Part shown: positions 11,601 to 21,330 of the stretch, piece after piece | Position numbering within the stretch: the stretch's first letter is position 1 | Layout: each line of letters begins with the position of its first letter | NCBI GenBank assembly: GCA_009859145.1 | Contig: VRVR01000033.1 | Span: forward strand, 1 to 64,000 | DNA from: Andalucia godoyi And28 | Taxonomy: Eukaryota > Protista > Jakobida | Reading direction: 5' to 3' | Length of the DNA stretch: 64,000 nt | Notes under the pieces: generated by a model | Databases searched by the model: none | Seen by the model: the letters and a program-made list of their open reading frames with translations, nothing else | Told to the model about the DNA's origin: nothing | Made by a program: the position numbers and the translations under genes

Positions 11601-12130
11601 CGCAACGTCCCGTCTCTGTCAACTACATACAGCTTTCCATGGATAACGCACGCAACATGCTTTCCGTCGCCACGCCACGTAAGAGACCCTTGTGCTAGAG
11701 GACCATCGATCGTACTCAGGAGCGCCACTTCGGTGATAAAGTCAATACTTTTGGAAAAGAATGCAATTGTTCCCAATCCAGTGAGAACCGCAAGAACCTC
11801 TTGGTCTGGAGCCCACCTTGCGGCGACAATTCCAGAGTCAAGAGTTCCACAGACTTCGCCGTCAACAAAGACATCTCCGTTTCTCGAGCATGCAGAGAGG
11901 ATCCTGTCCTCCTTCAAGAATTCAGCAAACACAATGTGGTCGTCTTCCGAAGACAGGTCAATTTGCCACTCCAGAGGGAGTGAAGCGCGGCCCGAAGGCT
12001 CAATTCGACTCACAGACCCTTTGCATCCGACGACAGCAACCACAAGCGATCCTGCCGAACACACTGATGCAACTTCTCCGACGCTGAAGTTCTCTGAGCA
12101 AACACGCGCAAGCTCCACAAGGTTCTTCAT
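8633..12130 (-). CDS. ELP1: Elongator complex protein 1 (IKI3/ELP1)
   Basis: ATG 12130 (MKNLVEL). Motifs WRGDGK, WRPEGSIIA, FFERNGL, WNSASDLLA, NNYHWFLK, VPPPM, VLEMPRGNLEGIQPR and AEKTQQDPREYGPFL, plus a Ser/Arg/Lys-rich C-terminal region. Confidence 0.93.
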   Translation of the reverse strand: MKNLVELARVCSENFSVGEVASVCSAGSLVVAVVGCKGSVSRIEPSGRASLPLEWQIDLSSEDDHIVFAEFLKEDRILSACSRNGDVFVDGEVCGTLDSGIVAARWAPDQEVLAVLTGLGTIAFFSKSIDFITEVALLSTIDGPLAQGSLTWRGDGKHVACVIHGKLYVVDRDGTLRSTSEAQVPGLSPTACAWRPEGSIIAVPQFLEDRGEQRIAFFERNGLQHYDMTLGSLRMDIRQLVWNSASDLLAVVTSTTVFLYHRNNYHWFLKRELRLRARFAVFDSTDPYVLFVSSANCVDRFVFRWDACCSNVGRCPIGVVDGNAVNVTYFAEGLVPPPMYAEQFTCRSPVSHFFVSGNAAVAQLVDDSISVLLPKKLKCSVDLPANSGRLVFVLHEKPSQIMIGCAFGNELRLFRLSAEKELVNVVDHRFKTLVIRASFPVILTADRSVYLLNEDIATPPTLLFQIEEKVDAVSYFRDTAISLCTSRNALFVGSKKLTEECTSFLTHDEFLLFTTSRHDLFMIPHRSIQSFAQGHCGVSELLSDANKRQVERGSILLAALHHSAFVVLEMPRGNLEGIQPRVMMEWYVKEMLSQNHFREAVISCRKHKIEMDFIPAHCAGRDFSEHAAAFVLQIPESDVHDLFLTQQSDRNVPRKNAVCSALRAAYLSTAELSLQFHLPVITSFVRQSPADVVGALSFIALKCLREQILDFDSCIRHLGLFVDVDVLYRESLGTYDFELAHRVAEKTQQDPREYGPFLAKMERIEPSACRKFEIDVFLGRYAKAISHGPQALDLLLDRCCDLISKHDLYTEGIALFPANAKVCRLYADFLVSKASGALVHTGFSSTKDMYAAAGSLYLTAQDCEQAFSCFGLCGDWKTLVSLGSNEKHCLVALRTLEDLGRFKEAVEFAALYLDDAETAIDLAAKHDLWMDGYVLACHKHRKDLIVTNLLPPFLETVSKWLSMADEWTSRFPVLVMELRQIRARMAEEEARRRELGTEDSSSFGPDGVAAVDDDDRFSDASTVRSRSSRHSRSSSSRSTASTASTKKLAKRLQTRQGPEFDEENQVRLIRHLLPTETHQMALKNMIQVLVYERQLEKARALQNKWIAYEAIVMQYVDDLAVPLREVVTDDAAAMVMKRLNISKRATDLENSHLLIGKNSWMFPGF

Positions 12131-12446
12131 CCCCGCTGTGATGTTCGATTGTCTTTTGTCGCTGCTGCTGACGCTGATGTTGCCGTTGCCGTCGTTGTTG
12201 TTGCAGAGATCTTCAGCAATTCGCGTTGAAGGGAAGGAACAACAAAGCCCTTGCCCTTGGCTCAAAAGCAATTGTCGCGGAAAAAAAAAAAGGGAAAGGA
12301 AAATCTCTCAGATGTCACGCGAGATCGACATTCCTCGACAGTCTAAACGAAGAAAGAAAAAACGGATTCGAAACGACAAAGCAAACGATCCAATTCAATA
12401 TTGGATCGTTTTTTGTTTTTTGCTTGTTCGTTTTAATTTAATTTAG

Positions 12447-12478
<32 letters not shown>

Positions 12479-12585
12479 TGGTTATTTAATTATTTTCCAT
12501 TGTACTGTCTATTGTGGAATCTGCTTTTTATCAAGCAAAGTACTGCAATACTTGGACGTATGTACATAGAATCACTGTTTATTTC

Positions 12586-13497
12586 ATGACGCTTGAGATT
12601 CACCGTGCCGCATGTGTGATTCAGAATGCGTGGAGACGGTACATTAACCGTGCGATATTCCGGTTCTACATGGACCTCATTTCGTTTCGACAAGCTGCGG
12701 ATGCTCACAAGATTTTGCGTGCAATCAATCCTGCAGAAGCATCGCTGATTGACCGAGCGTCTCAGATGCACATTCGATTTCGGCTGGGTGGCGTTACGTT
12801 TCCTCCCACAATCTACTACAAGATTTTCACGCATGCTCCGTTGGTGGACGTGAATGCGTACGCTCCACGAGATTACACAAAGCAGAGAAGAGCGGACTTT
12901 AAGCGATCGGGGATGGAGCAGCCGAACCTTGGAGTTACCATGTCTTCGTTGGGGTCGGTCGGTGCTGCGTCGTGGTATGCATATCGAAGAACTGAGAACA
13001 ATCCGTGGCGTCCGGTAGCAGAAAAGCTTGTGCAGGAAGATATCAGCAATCTGCCCTTTCATGCTGCATATTCTCGCTCCACATCCCCGACGTCTGGCTC
13101 CCGTTTTTTGCCAACGAGGACACAAAGAAAAGAAGAGGCGACACGACAAAGAAAGCGAAAGAAGGTTCTATGGATGATGAAGATGTACAGAAAGGGACTC
13201 GCCTGTGAGAAGGATGACGTCTCGTCCGATGATGCTGCAGTGCAAATGCTCAAGGCCCTTGACAATGACGACATTGAAGAGCTCCTGGAAACTGGGAAGG
13301 ACTTGCTTGATTGGTCCCAAAACTTGGACTTCGATTCCTACATGCAGCAGTGGTTCACCACGGCAACGAGTTTCGGAGACATGAACACACCATTGGAGTC
13401 CGTCGAGGACGACGATGTCTTGTCCATGGCAGACTCGCAAGCCTCGTCGCACAAGAATATGGACTTTCGAATGCAGATAGGATCCCTGCATGAGTAA
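12586..13497 (+). CDS. MFI/C11orf65-like IQ-motif protein
   Basis: AACVIQNAWRRY..INPAEASLID...HIRFRLGGVTFPPTIYYKIFTH matches the recalled conserved C11orf65 core; ATG 12586. Confidence 0.8.
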   Translation: MTLEIHRAACVIQNAWRRYINRAIFRFYMDLISFRQAADAHKILRAINPAEASLIDRASQMHIRFRLGGVTFPPTIYYKIFTHAPLVDVNAYAPRDYTKQRRADFKRSGMEQPNLGVTMSSLGSVGAASWYAYRRTENNPWRPVAEKLVQEDISNLPFHAAYSRSTSPTSGSRFLPTRTQRKEEATRQRKRKKVLWMMKMYRKGLACEKDDVSSDDAAVQMLKALDNDDIEELLETGKDLLDWSQNLDFDSYMQQWFTTATSFGDMNTPLESVEDDDVLSMADSQASSHKNMDFRMQIGSLHE

Positions 13498-13628
13498 AAA
13501 TGTACATGTAACTTGTTGTTGCTGCTGTTTTTCTTGAAATGCGTTTTACGCCTTCGATACACTGCATCCACACCAGTTGACTTACGATATAAAACACGAT
13601 AAGAACAGCTCAAATGTTGCCAACAGTT

Positions 13629-16600
13629 TCAAATGGAGGAAGTAGCCGTTTCGTCCTCAATTGGCACTGCGTGACAATACAGACATTTGCCCAGTCGCAG
13701 GACCGGTTCCCCTCCGCTTTCGGAAAAGGAAGCGGAGCAATAACTGCAGCGATACTTGACAGGCTCTGCCCAGCTGATGTTCTTCCAACACAGCGTTTCG
13801 AGGAGAACCCTGTTTGACGGCATCGGCTCCTGGTCCGTCAATCCGTGAGCTTCGCATTCTTGAATCTTCTCCTGCAAGAATTGGCGAGGCTTCTCCGGCA
13901 TTCCGTCAAGCAGGCTGCGAGCCAGCGTCGAGGCTATCGCAAAGTTGCTCAGCTGCATTTGGTGCTGCATTGCGATTTTCGCGCAGAAGAAACGATGCTT
14001 CGGGAGAATCTCCAATGACGACAGCGCAAGCGAACGCTGTGCTTTGTTCACCAGCCCGCTGTGATCCGAGGAATCTCCCAGAGTCGCAATCGACCACAAG
14101 AGCTTCGCACAAATTTTGTAACGAACCGCCATGAGAATGTTTGTCTTCTTTTCCAGTTGGGACTGATCCAGAACAAGCAAACGAATGCACTCCTCACATA
14201 ATCTGTAGCATTCGGAGAACGCTTGGTTCTCAAGCTCCACCAATGCCTGCTTGTACAAATCACCAGGCTTCGGGCCAGAACCTGCCCCCGCCGCAGCAGT
14301 TGCTGCTGCTGCAGGAGAAGATGATGATGATGATGATGATGATGATGACGAAGATGACGCAGGTACTGCAGGCGTTGCGGAGGAAGATGCAACTGGTACC
14401 GGCACTGAGAGATCGGACTGCGATCCGCTACCAGACAGAGCGTCGTCGGACTTCTTCGGAGGTGCCAGCGACATCGTTCGTTTGCGGCCATCGCTCTCGC
14501 CGCCAGCAAGATTGTTGTTGCTTCCCGCTCCCCCAGGTCCCGAAAGCTTGAAGAGCGACAGGTTCCGTTGTCTGCCAGGAGCTGGTTGAACAGGCCCATC
14601 TTTCAGCTTCAACACAAATTTCTTTGGCTTGTTGCCATCCTCTTCATCCGAAGAATCGCCGTTCTTCGATTTTGCCATTTCGCGGGCAAATGCATCACGA
14701 GCTGCTCGTTGTTTCTCGTCCTCGTCGTCCTCCGCTGCCTTTGCCTCGGCCGATGCTCCTACGGACGTCGATGCAGTTCCAGACGAAGGAACCGTGGTTT
14801 CTTCTGTGGGCTCCGTTCCGGGACCATCAAACGACATGGTTTGCAGCCCGCCATCGTTGTCGTCTTCCGTCGTGGTCTTTTCGCCGGGCGGCCACTGAAA
14901 GACGTATGTTCCTACTGCAAGCGTTTCCTCAAAAATGGCACATCCGTCGTGCAACGCCTTTGCTTGAATTCGGGTATTCTTGCGGAGTTTCAGCTCCTTG
15001 ATCTGCAGCCGTTCATCAGCAGACGAAGTACTCATCATCCCGCCCTTTCCACCGTTATCTCCGCTATGATAATTGATTTTCGCTTCGCAACGACCAGCAA
15101 TGGATGCGTCACCCTTTATGCGAGCGGCAATGGCAAGGTTCCGGTAGTGAACGTAGAATGCGGAAGATTTCGGAATCACGCCAGACGCATCCGAGCTTGC
15201 TTCATCTGCACTCAAGTACTCCGCCTCGAGCGTCTGCAGCGCCGTGTCAAAAAATCCGCAACGAACAGCCACTTTAAACTTACGCAGCCACGATGCTGTG
15301 TACGAATTCAAAATGACATTCCAGGCAAGATTGGATTCCTGGTGATCGATCAATGCAAACAAAAAGCTGTCAGAGACTCGCATCGGATCGTAGTCGTCCA
15401 AAAGCTGCGAACATTTCGCGAAGCGATTTGCGCGCACAATCGTCTCAAACAAACCAACTGATTTGTACCAGAACCGGACCTGGTCCTGTCCAAGCAAAGA
15501 CGCAAAGAGGATACGATCCCCCAAGAGAGAGGCGATTTTTGACGGTACAAACTCCACAGAACAAATGGAAAAGCGCTGACCGGACTCAGGATCCACTCCA
15601 TATAGATGATTAGAGTCCTGAACAAGCTCAATGCCCAGTCCAAGAGGGAACTTGGAATTTACCGGATGGATGAGAGACGAACTTTCGAGCACATTGAGGG
15701 TCTTGACGACATCCGTACCAGGACGCGCCTCTGCCGCCCCCTTTTGATCGCCAAGAGGAAACATTAGATACTGCCCATCATCGAAGTCAACGCAGCCAAT
15801 TTTCAAATCGAAAGACACTCTAAAATTCACTGGGTGCAGACCTGCAAAGTGCAATTTGCATAAGTACACAGTGACGCCCTTCACGATGTCATATCTGAAT
15901 ACAAGCTCATCCAGAACGTAAAAAACAAATGTCGGTACGTTTGAGAATCGAACATCAATTTCCTTCACCGTTGGATACGCAACAAAGAATCGGTTGGTCG
16001 GGACAAACTTCACAAGATCGCCGCGATTGGACACTCCAAACGGAGAGTTCTTGTGCAGGGACACATACCGCGTGCTCACGGCAGACGAAGACTTGTCCTC
16101 GATGTTCTCTTCGTGAACAGAAAAACTCGAAATCTTTCCGTTGTGCACGCCATACAAGAATGAAACAAGCGTGCCGCCTTGACCGAGCGCTAGAATGCAG
16201 CCATCACGACCCGTAAGCGACAAAAAAGCCTGATTCCCCTTGAACATCCTCTGCTTTTCCCACACGGTCGCTTCCGTCAAAGGACCCCCGGTCGTTAGAA
16301 CGGACTGGTTTGCTCCGAACAGATGCACCTGTCCGTCGTTGTAAGCAATTGCAACGATATGATGTGTCGACAAGAACATGACAGCGGAAACGTCGCCGAC
16401 ATTCTTATCTTTGAAAGCCGCTCCAACAAAGTCATTCTTGACTACATCAAACACTCGACACGTTTTATCGGACAGCCCGACGCACACCCAGGGTTCGCGA
16501 GGATGCGCCGTCACCGAAACAATCGACGACTTGAATGTCACACACTTCTGATTGACAGCAGGAGCCGCCGGTCCCCCGCTATTAAACGAAACTGAAATGA

Positions 16601-16964
16601 GATCCTTTGACCCTGTCCTCGAACCAAACCATCGTGCATCCCCCCCGGTATCGCCCGCAAACACCGGTTTCTGGTCCGATGCCTTCAATCCCGAAAACGC
16701 TGACACGCACTTCTTCGACTCGACATCTAAAATTACAACCGATCCGTCTTCAAAGGCCACGATCAAAAACTGCGTTGTGGACCAAAGTCCGCTGATGGTG
16801 GAATCAAACTCGTAAAAGAGGGAGCAACATCCAAGGCAATGGTCATATTCATAGATGCGACGAGGTGACGCAAGATACGCAACTGGCTCCGAAGGATGCA
16901 ATGCGCTGTGAAATATGCGAGTCGAAAGCGGAATCCGCGATGACGACCACGCAGAGGTAACCAT
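13629..16964 (-). CDS. WD40/solenoid coat protein, TSET TTRAY1 / plant TWD40-1-like, with a COPI-alpha-like C-terminal domain and terminal CxxC pairs
   Basis: ALHPSEPVAYLASPRRIYEYDHCLGC and SVTAHPREPWVCVG resemble recalled TWD40-1 N-terminal blades. An acidic low-complexity linker precedes LPKHRFFCAKIAMQHQMQLSNFAIASTLARSLL, which resembles the alpha-COP C-terminus. ATG 16964. Confidence 0.65.
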   Translation of the reverse strand: MVTSAWSSSRIPLSTRIFHSALHPSEPVAYLASPRRIYEYDHCLGCCSLFYEFDSTISGLWSTTQFLIVAFEDGSVVILDVESKKCVSAFSGLKASDQKPVFAGDTGGDARWFGSRTGSKDLISVSFNSGGPAAPAVNQKCVTFKSSIVSVTAHPREPWVCVGLSDKTCRVFDVVKNDFVGAAFKDKNVGDVSAVMFLSTHHIVAIAYNDGQVHLFGANQSVLTTGGPLTEATVWEKQRMFKGNQAFLSLTGRDGCILALGQGGTLVSFLYGVHNGKISSFSVHEENIEDKSSSAVSTRYVSLHKNSPFGVSNRGDLVKFVPTNRFFVAYPTVKEIDVRFSNVPTFVFYVLDELVFRYDIVKGVTVYLCKLHFAGLHPVNFRVSFDLKIGCVDFDDGQYLMFPLGDQKGAAEARPGTDVVKTLNVLESSSLIHPVNSKFPLGLGIELVQDSNHLYGVDPESGQRFSICSVEFVPSKIASLLGDRILFASLLGQDQVRFWYKSVGLFETIVRANRFAKCSQLLDDYDPMRVSDSFLFALIDHQESNLAWNVILNSYTASWLRKFKVAVRCGFFDTALQTLEAEYLSADEASSDASGVIPKSSAFYVHYRNLAIAARIKGDASIAGRCEAKINYHSGDNGGKGGMMSTSSADERLQIKELKLRKNTRIQAKALHDGCAIFEETLAVGTYVFQWPPGEKTTTEDDNDGGLQTMSFDGPGTEPTEETTVPSSGTASTSVGASAEAKAAEDDEDEKQRAARDAFAREMAKSKNGDSSDEEDGNKPKKFVLKLKDGPVQPAPGRQRNLSLFKLSGPGGAGSNNNLAGGESDGRKRTMSLAPPKKSDDALSGSGSQSDLSVPVPVASSSATPAVPASSSSSSSSSSSSSSPAAAATAAAGAGSGPKPGDLYKQALVELENQAFSECYRLCEECIRLLVLDQSQLEKKTNILMAVRYKICAKLLWSIATLGDSSDHSGLVNKAQRSLALSSLEILPKHRFFCAKIAMQHQMQLSNFAIASTLARSLLDGMPEKPRQFLQEKIQECEAHGLTDQEPMPSNRVLLETLCWKNISWAEPVKYRCSYCSASFSESGGEPVLRLGKCLYCHAVPIEDETATSSI

Positions 16965-17155
16965 CGTCTGTCGTTGAAACGCAGGTAGAGATAGAGTTTG
17001 AGAGAAAAACAAGCGCAGATGGATGTTTCTTTTTTCAGAATTCGCAATAGGAAAGAAAAAGAAAAGAAGAATTGAATTTTAATTTTAAGCTCAAAAAATT
17101 AAAAAAAACAGCCAAGCAGAAAAGGCTGGCCTTTGGTCTCGGTCTCTCTCTATTT

Positions 17156-17800
17156 CTCCAGCTTTCCCCCCACATTTCTACGGCAGTCGAAACCACTGTC
17201 GACTGGCGAGCAGACAAACACGGACGCTACATTGCGCACTAACCACGGAGGATCATCGCTGATCATCCATAATCAATGTTGCGACCCAATCATGCATGGC
17301 ATCATTGGGAAGGGGGTAGGCCCCCAACACGCCCCTCGATCATGCGACCCGAAGGGGCATATCCAGCTGCAAAAGTGCGCACGCCGGGATCCAGCGCAAT
17401 CACGCGCTTGACGGGTGGCGGAACGTGGTTTTCGTCGCGCTTGACAAGCGGCGGTGGAGATGTCACAGCTCTTGCACAGCATTGCAGGCGTGACGTACAT
17501 GGTGCGTTGCATGGACAATATAAGAAATGAGCGTCGCTGTGCGAGAATGCAACGCGGCGGCTTGTTTATAGGGATTTCATGATCAACATGGGGCGAAACG
17601 AATCGGGCATTGTGTGACGGAGTTGTCAAGATAGCAAACGCATGCCCATGCCGCGTGGCAGTGTTTTTTGTTTAAACGTGCGCTTTAGATTGCTTCATCA
17701 TATCGCAGTAAGTGGCAACAGTGCAGACGGTCGTTTGACAAAAAAATCTGGCTGTTTGGAACGCGGACCTAAAACGAATCCTTGGGAAGACTCCTGTGGG
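17156..17800 (-). pseudogene. Fanzor2/IS607-type relic copy C (RuvC-I intact, C-terminal half deleted, omegaRNA-like tail)
   Basis: 17406-17353 encodes RVIALDPGVRTFAAGYAP (RuvC-I). Upstream frames give HVDHEIPI and GFVLGPRSK/RIRFRS. Directly downstream is GGGGGCCTACCCCC-hairpin-GCAACATTGATTA, and then a degenerate match to the tails of copies A and D. Confidence 0.85.
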
Positions 17801-18308
17801 AGCACGCAAACAGCGATGAAGATTCGCAGGCGAACCAGGAAAAAGGCACTGCACGAATTCTCCAAGCTGCTGATGAGCAGTACCAAAGAAAAATGTTCGA
17901 AGCAACGCCTCCCCACTTGCAATCCTCCAGCAAATTAACAACTTACAATGTTCTGCTCAGGCTTACAAAACTGCTCAAACAAGGATCAAACTGCGGAGCA
18001 CATGAAAAAGACAAACACCACGAACGATGAAAACAGATACGCAACCTGGATAATAACGAATGCCGAGACACTCCTTCGCGAAAACTACTGATTACTGCAT
18101 TGCCGAAGTATTTCATTCATTCAAAATATTCAATCCTGCATGTAATGTTAATAAATGGAAATTTACACATGGCCGCGTGGAAATGCTGCATTGCAGAGAG
18201 ACAAATCAAAGAAACCCAAACAGAGGGTCCTGCTCGCGAAGGAAAAAATGATGCTACTGCTGATGATAGCAATTATTACTATTATTTAAGAAAAGGTTTG
18301 ATCTTCCG

Positions 18309-20957
18309 CTAGTCGAAAATCGGGAGATATCCACGAGGGCACTGCTGCACTTTGCTTCCCACACGAATCTCGAGCATCTGGCCAGGCGAGAGCGATATGG
18401 CAGGAGCGAAAGAAGACCAAGACCGAGTGGGCCCGTTTCCTACCGTGACGCTCTGCAAAGAAATAGTGTGGCACTGGGACTCGTTGATCCAGACCGAAAA
18501 TGTTCCCGCGTCTGTATCCACGCCGCAACCAATGACAGTAGAGGGTATCAGCTGCGAAAATGTAGTGGACACGCTTCTCTGCCCTGTTTGGTGAATCCGC
18601 CGATCCTTCATTAGCCCAACAGACAAGGCTGCTGAGCTTTTGCCCACGTGAGAACCCTCATCAATGAAATCCAGAGGCATCGCGGTCCATCCCACGGAAA
18701 ATTCAATTGAGTTCACGAGCCGCACTTCAAAATACATTTTTCCACAACCGGCATGGATTGAGTGGCTCAAAACAATGCTTTGCAAGTCAAATGCATCTGA
18801 TTTGATGACGCCAATTTCGCTTACAAATCGGAGCGCCGCGGAAGAGGAGAAGAAGCATTCTTCAAAAGACCACTCCTTGTAGAATAGCTTCACGCTTCCA
18901 TTCAAATTGGCCATCGCACTCCGGACTTCAAACTCCACATTCGGGTCCACGTTTGCATACGGCAGTACGAGCTCAAGCAGGTAACCGAAGCGCTCGTTTT
19001 CAACAAACGACGCCACAAACGCAGGATCAACGGACACGTCAGAACAACAGACGCTAATAAATCGCACGAGCAATGCAAGAACATTTCCAGAGGTTTGCAG
19101 CGCGGAGACGTCTCCATTCCTTGCACGATCCACAACTGACATGCACAATTGACGGAAACGCGTACTGATCTCGGAAACTACGCCAAGGCGGAAATACAGC
19201 GATTGCAGGTTTCCTGCAAGCCCAAAATCCGTCATCACCCGCAAAACCTTTCCAAACCTCGAAAGAGCAGCAAACACGGACGACACCAATTGACCCAGCA
19301 AGCCTTCATTATGCGAAAATGACGTCATAAAACTGATTCCTTCTGCATACTCCACCGGATTCGCATCACACAAGGCGGGATACAACCAAATCAGCGTGGT
19401 AAAATTAGGTGACGGTGGCGTCGTGGAATCGGCCAAGGAATTTGCGTTCACAATAACACGAAATGCTGCCTTCCCCACCATGAAATCCGACGCGGAGTCG
19501 TAACTCACGCGGCGATTGTCGGAGCCACTTCGCAAAAAGTCCTGTTCAGTCAGACGAATCAAGCAAGAAATCAAAGACTGCTTCGAAGAAACGTAAGATT
19601 CAAGGGAGCGCTCGTTCACAATCCGCAGCAACAGTTGACAGAGTAGAACAATGGTCATGGCGCCGTGCGAAGAATCGGGTTCCTGCAGATACTCTTCAAA
19701 CACGTATGAAATGTTGTCGAGTCTCTTCACAGCAATGTACGCAAGCCAAAACTGACGAGCTTCAACGGTTGGAAGAGTCAGATTCAACAGAGTGCGAGAA
19801 GCTTCAAAAGAAACAGCTTCCTTCTTCCGAGAAAAGACGTGAAACACAGGATCCAGCCCGTGCTCTGCCGACATCGCTGTCAAATCCGCCAGATTGACCT
19901 CGTCGTCTCCCGAGAGAGTCGCCATAAATGGTGCAGGATTCACGGTTGCTGCTGAGCTGTCCCGGACGCTCTTCAAGACAGTGTACCACAGAGAGGACTC
20001 GGAAAGCTTCAAGTGGCGGCGCCGATTGAATTCCGTCAGCAGCTGCAACGACACCGCAGAGGACACTTCATGAGACGTGAACCACGAATGCTGCAAAATG
20101 CCATCAACAGTAATTCTTGCCAGAGGATTCACTACCAGCATTTTGAAGAACAGGTCCTTTAATTCCGGCGAATACCGGCGCATCATCTCCATCATGCGCG
20201 GCGTGGTTCTCCTCACATCTTCCTCCGAAATACCGGCAATGAACGACTGCTTACTAAATGGCAGGAAGCTCGCTGTACACACCGCGAACATGGTAGCGGC
20301 GAGAGACCACACATCTGCCTCGTATCCACAAGGCCGTCGACGAACCATCTGAGGATCCATGTACTCGAACGTCCCTGCGAAATTCGTGATGCGCGACACG
20401 GGAAGGACAACTCGCGACAAGCCAAAGTCCACAAGCTTCACAAGCGGGGAAGCAGACTCTGAGTCCATACGAATCAGAATATTATCAGGTTTCAAGTCCA
20501 AGTGCGCGACATGGAACGAATGCAATGCACGAAGCCCGACGACGGCCTGCTTAATGATTGTTCTGAGCTGATCTTCCGAAAACGACTGTGCACCCGTTCT
20601 GCACACATAGTCGCACAAATCACGCGAATTCTCCAGTCGTTCCATGACCACATACACTGCACGATCCGATGTTTCGAAGTCGTACGTTTGCACAAGGTTG
20701 TCGCAGTGCGGAAGCCTTCGCAGCAAGTCACATTCCACTCGTGCATTTGCGATAATGGAATCCAGGTCTGCCTTTTGCAGCTGCTGCGGCTTTCCAAGGA
20801 TCTTCTGCCAAGCCGTGCCTCCAGGAATGACTTTTACGCAAACCGGTCGTGCTGGATCATGAAGGTCCTGTGCGACGTACACGTCGCCATAGTTTCCTGA
20901 CCCAAGCTTGCTCGCCGCAGAAGGCTCAAACTCGTACCGTCCACACACGATTACCAT
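18309..20957 (-). CDS. Ser/Thr protein kinase (CAMK-like, HLD catalytic loop) with C-terminal SPRY domain
   Basis: Kinase motifs LGSGNYGDV, VKVI, HLDLKPDNIL, DFGLSR and ADVWSL. The C-terminal GKMYFEV..SVGW..VIGCGVD..GTFSVWIN is SPRY-like. ATG 20957. Confidence 0.85.
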   Translation of the reverse strand: MVIVCGRYEFEPSAASKLGSGNYGDVYVAQDLHDPARPVCVKVIPGGTAWQKILGKPQQLQKADLDSIIANARVECDLLRRLPHCDNLVQTYDFETSDRAVYVVMERLENSRDLCDYVCRTGAQSFSEDQLRTIIKQAVVGLRALHSFHVAHLDLKPDNILIRMDSESASPLVKLVDFGLSRVVLPVSRITNFAGTFEYMDPQMVRRRPCGYEADVWSLAATMFAVCTASFLPFSKQSFIAGISEEDVRRTTPRMMEMMRRYSPELKDLFFKMLVVNPLARITVDGILQHSWFTSHEVSSAVSLQLLTEFNRRRHLKLSESSLWYTVLKSVRDSSAATVNPAPFMATLSGDDEVNLADLTAMSAEHGLDPVFHVFSRKKEAVSFEASRTLLNLTLPTVEARQFWLAYIAVKRLDNISYVFEEYLQEPDSSHGAMTIVLLCQLLLRIVNERSLESYVSSKQSLISCLIRLTEQDFLRSGSDNRRVSYDSASDFMVGKAAFRVIVNANSLADSTTPPSPNFTTLIWLYPALCDANPVEYAEGISFMTSFSHNEGLLGQLVSSVFAALSRFGKVLRVMTDFGLAGNLQSLYFRLGVVSEISTRFRQLCMSVVDRARNGDVSALQTSGNVLALLVRFISVCCSDVSVDPAFVASFVENERFGYLLELVLPYANVDPNVEFEVRSAMANLNGSVKLFYKEWSFEECFFSSSAALRFVSEIGVIKSDAFDLQSIVLSHSIHAGCGKMYFEVRLVNSIEFSVGWTAMPLDFIDEGSHVGKSSAALSVGLMKDRRIHQTGQRSVSTTFSQLIPSTVIGCGVDTDAGTFSVWINESQCHTISLQSVTVGNGPTRSWSSFAPAISLSPGQMLEIRVGSKVQQCPRGYLPIFD

Positions 20958-21330
20958 TGGACGGATGCGTTCCTCTTCTTTTTTGTTCTTTTCGATTTTT
21001 CCTCCTCCGTCCTTCAGCGCGTAAACAAGATTGGAGAGAGGTTCGGGAAGCGTCGCTGCGTACCAACAGAGGCAGCAGGAAAGGCTGTTTCATTGACTAC
21101 AGTTCTCCAGTCATGCAATAAGCGCCTTGATGCTGGAGCCTTCCGCGATGTCGGGAATTTCCTCCCAGCCAACACCCGACATTTGTCCCGAAATTCTTGT
21201 TTCCACTTGCATAAAGCACTTGTACTCCTTCATTCTCATTTTTTTAAATTTTTTTTTGTGGTTTTTTGTGGGGGGGTTTTTTTTTTTGCTAGACTATTCA
21301 CTAAGTGGAGTACCCGAGCGACAGGAAAGA

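Noticed and set aside
17642-18030. Plus-strand ORFs including KIRRRTRKKALHEFSKLL
   Set aside because: They overlap the antisense of relic C's upstream region, which reads Fanzor-like on the minus strand; no independent support.
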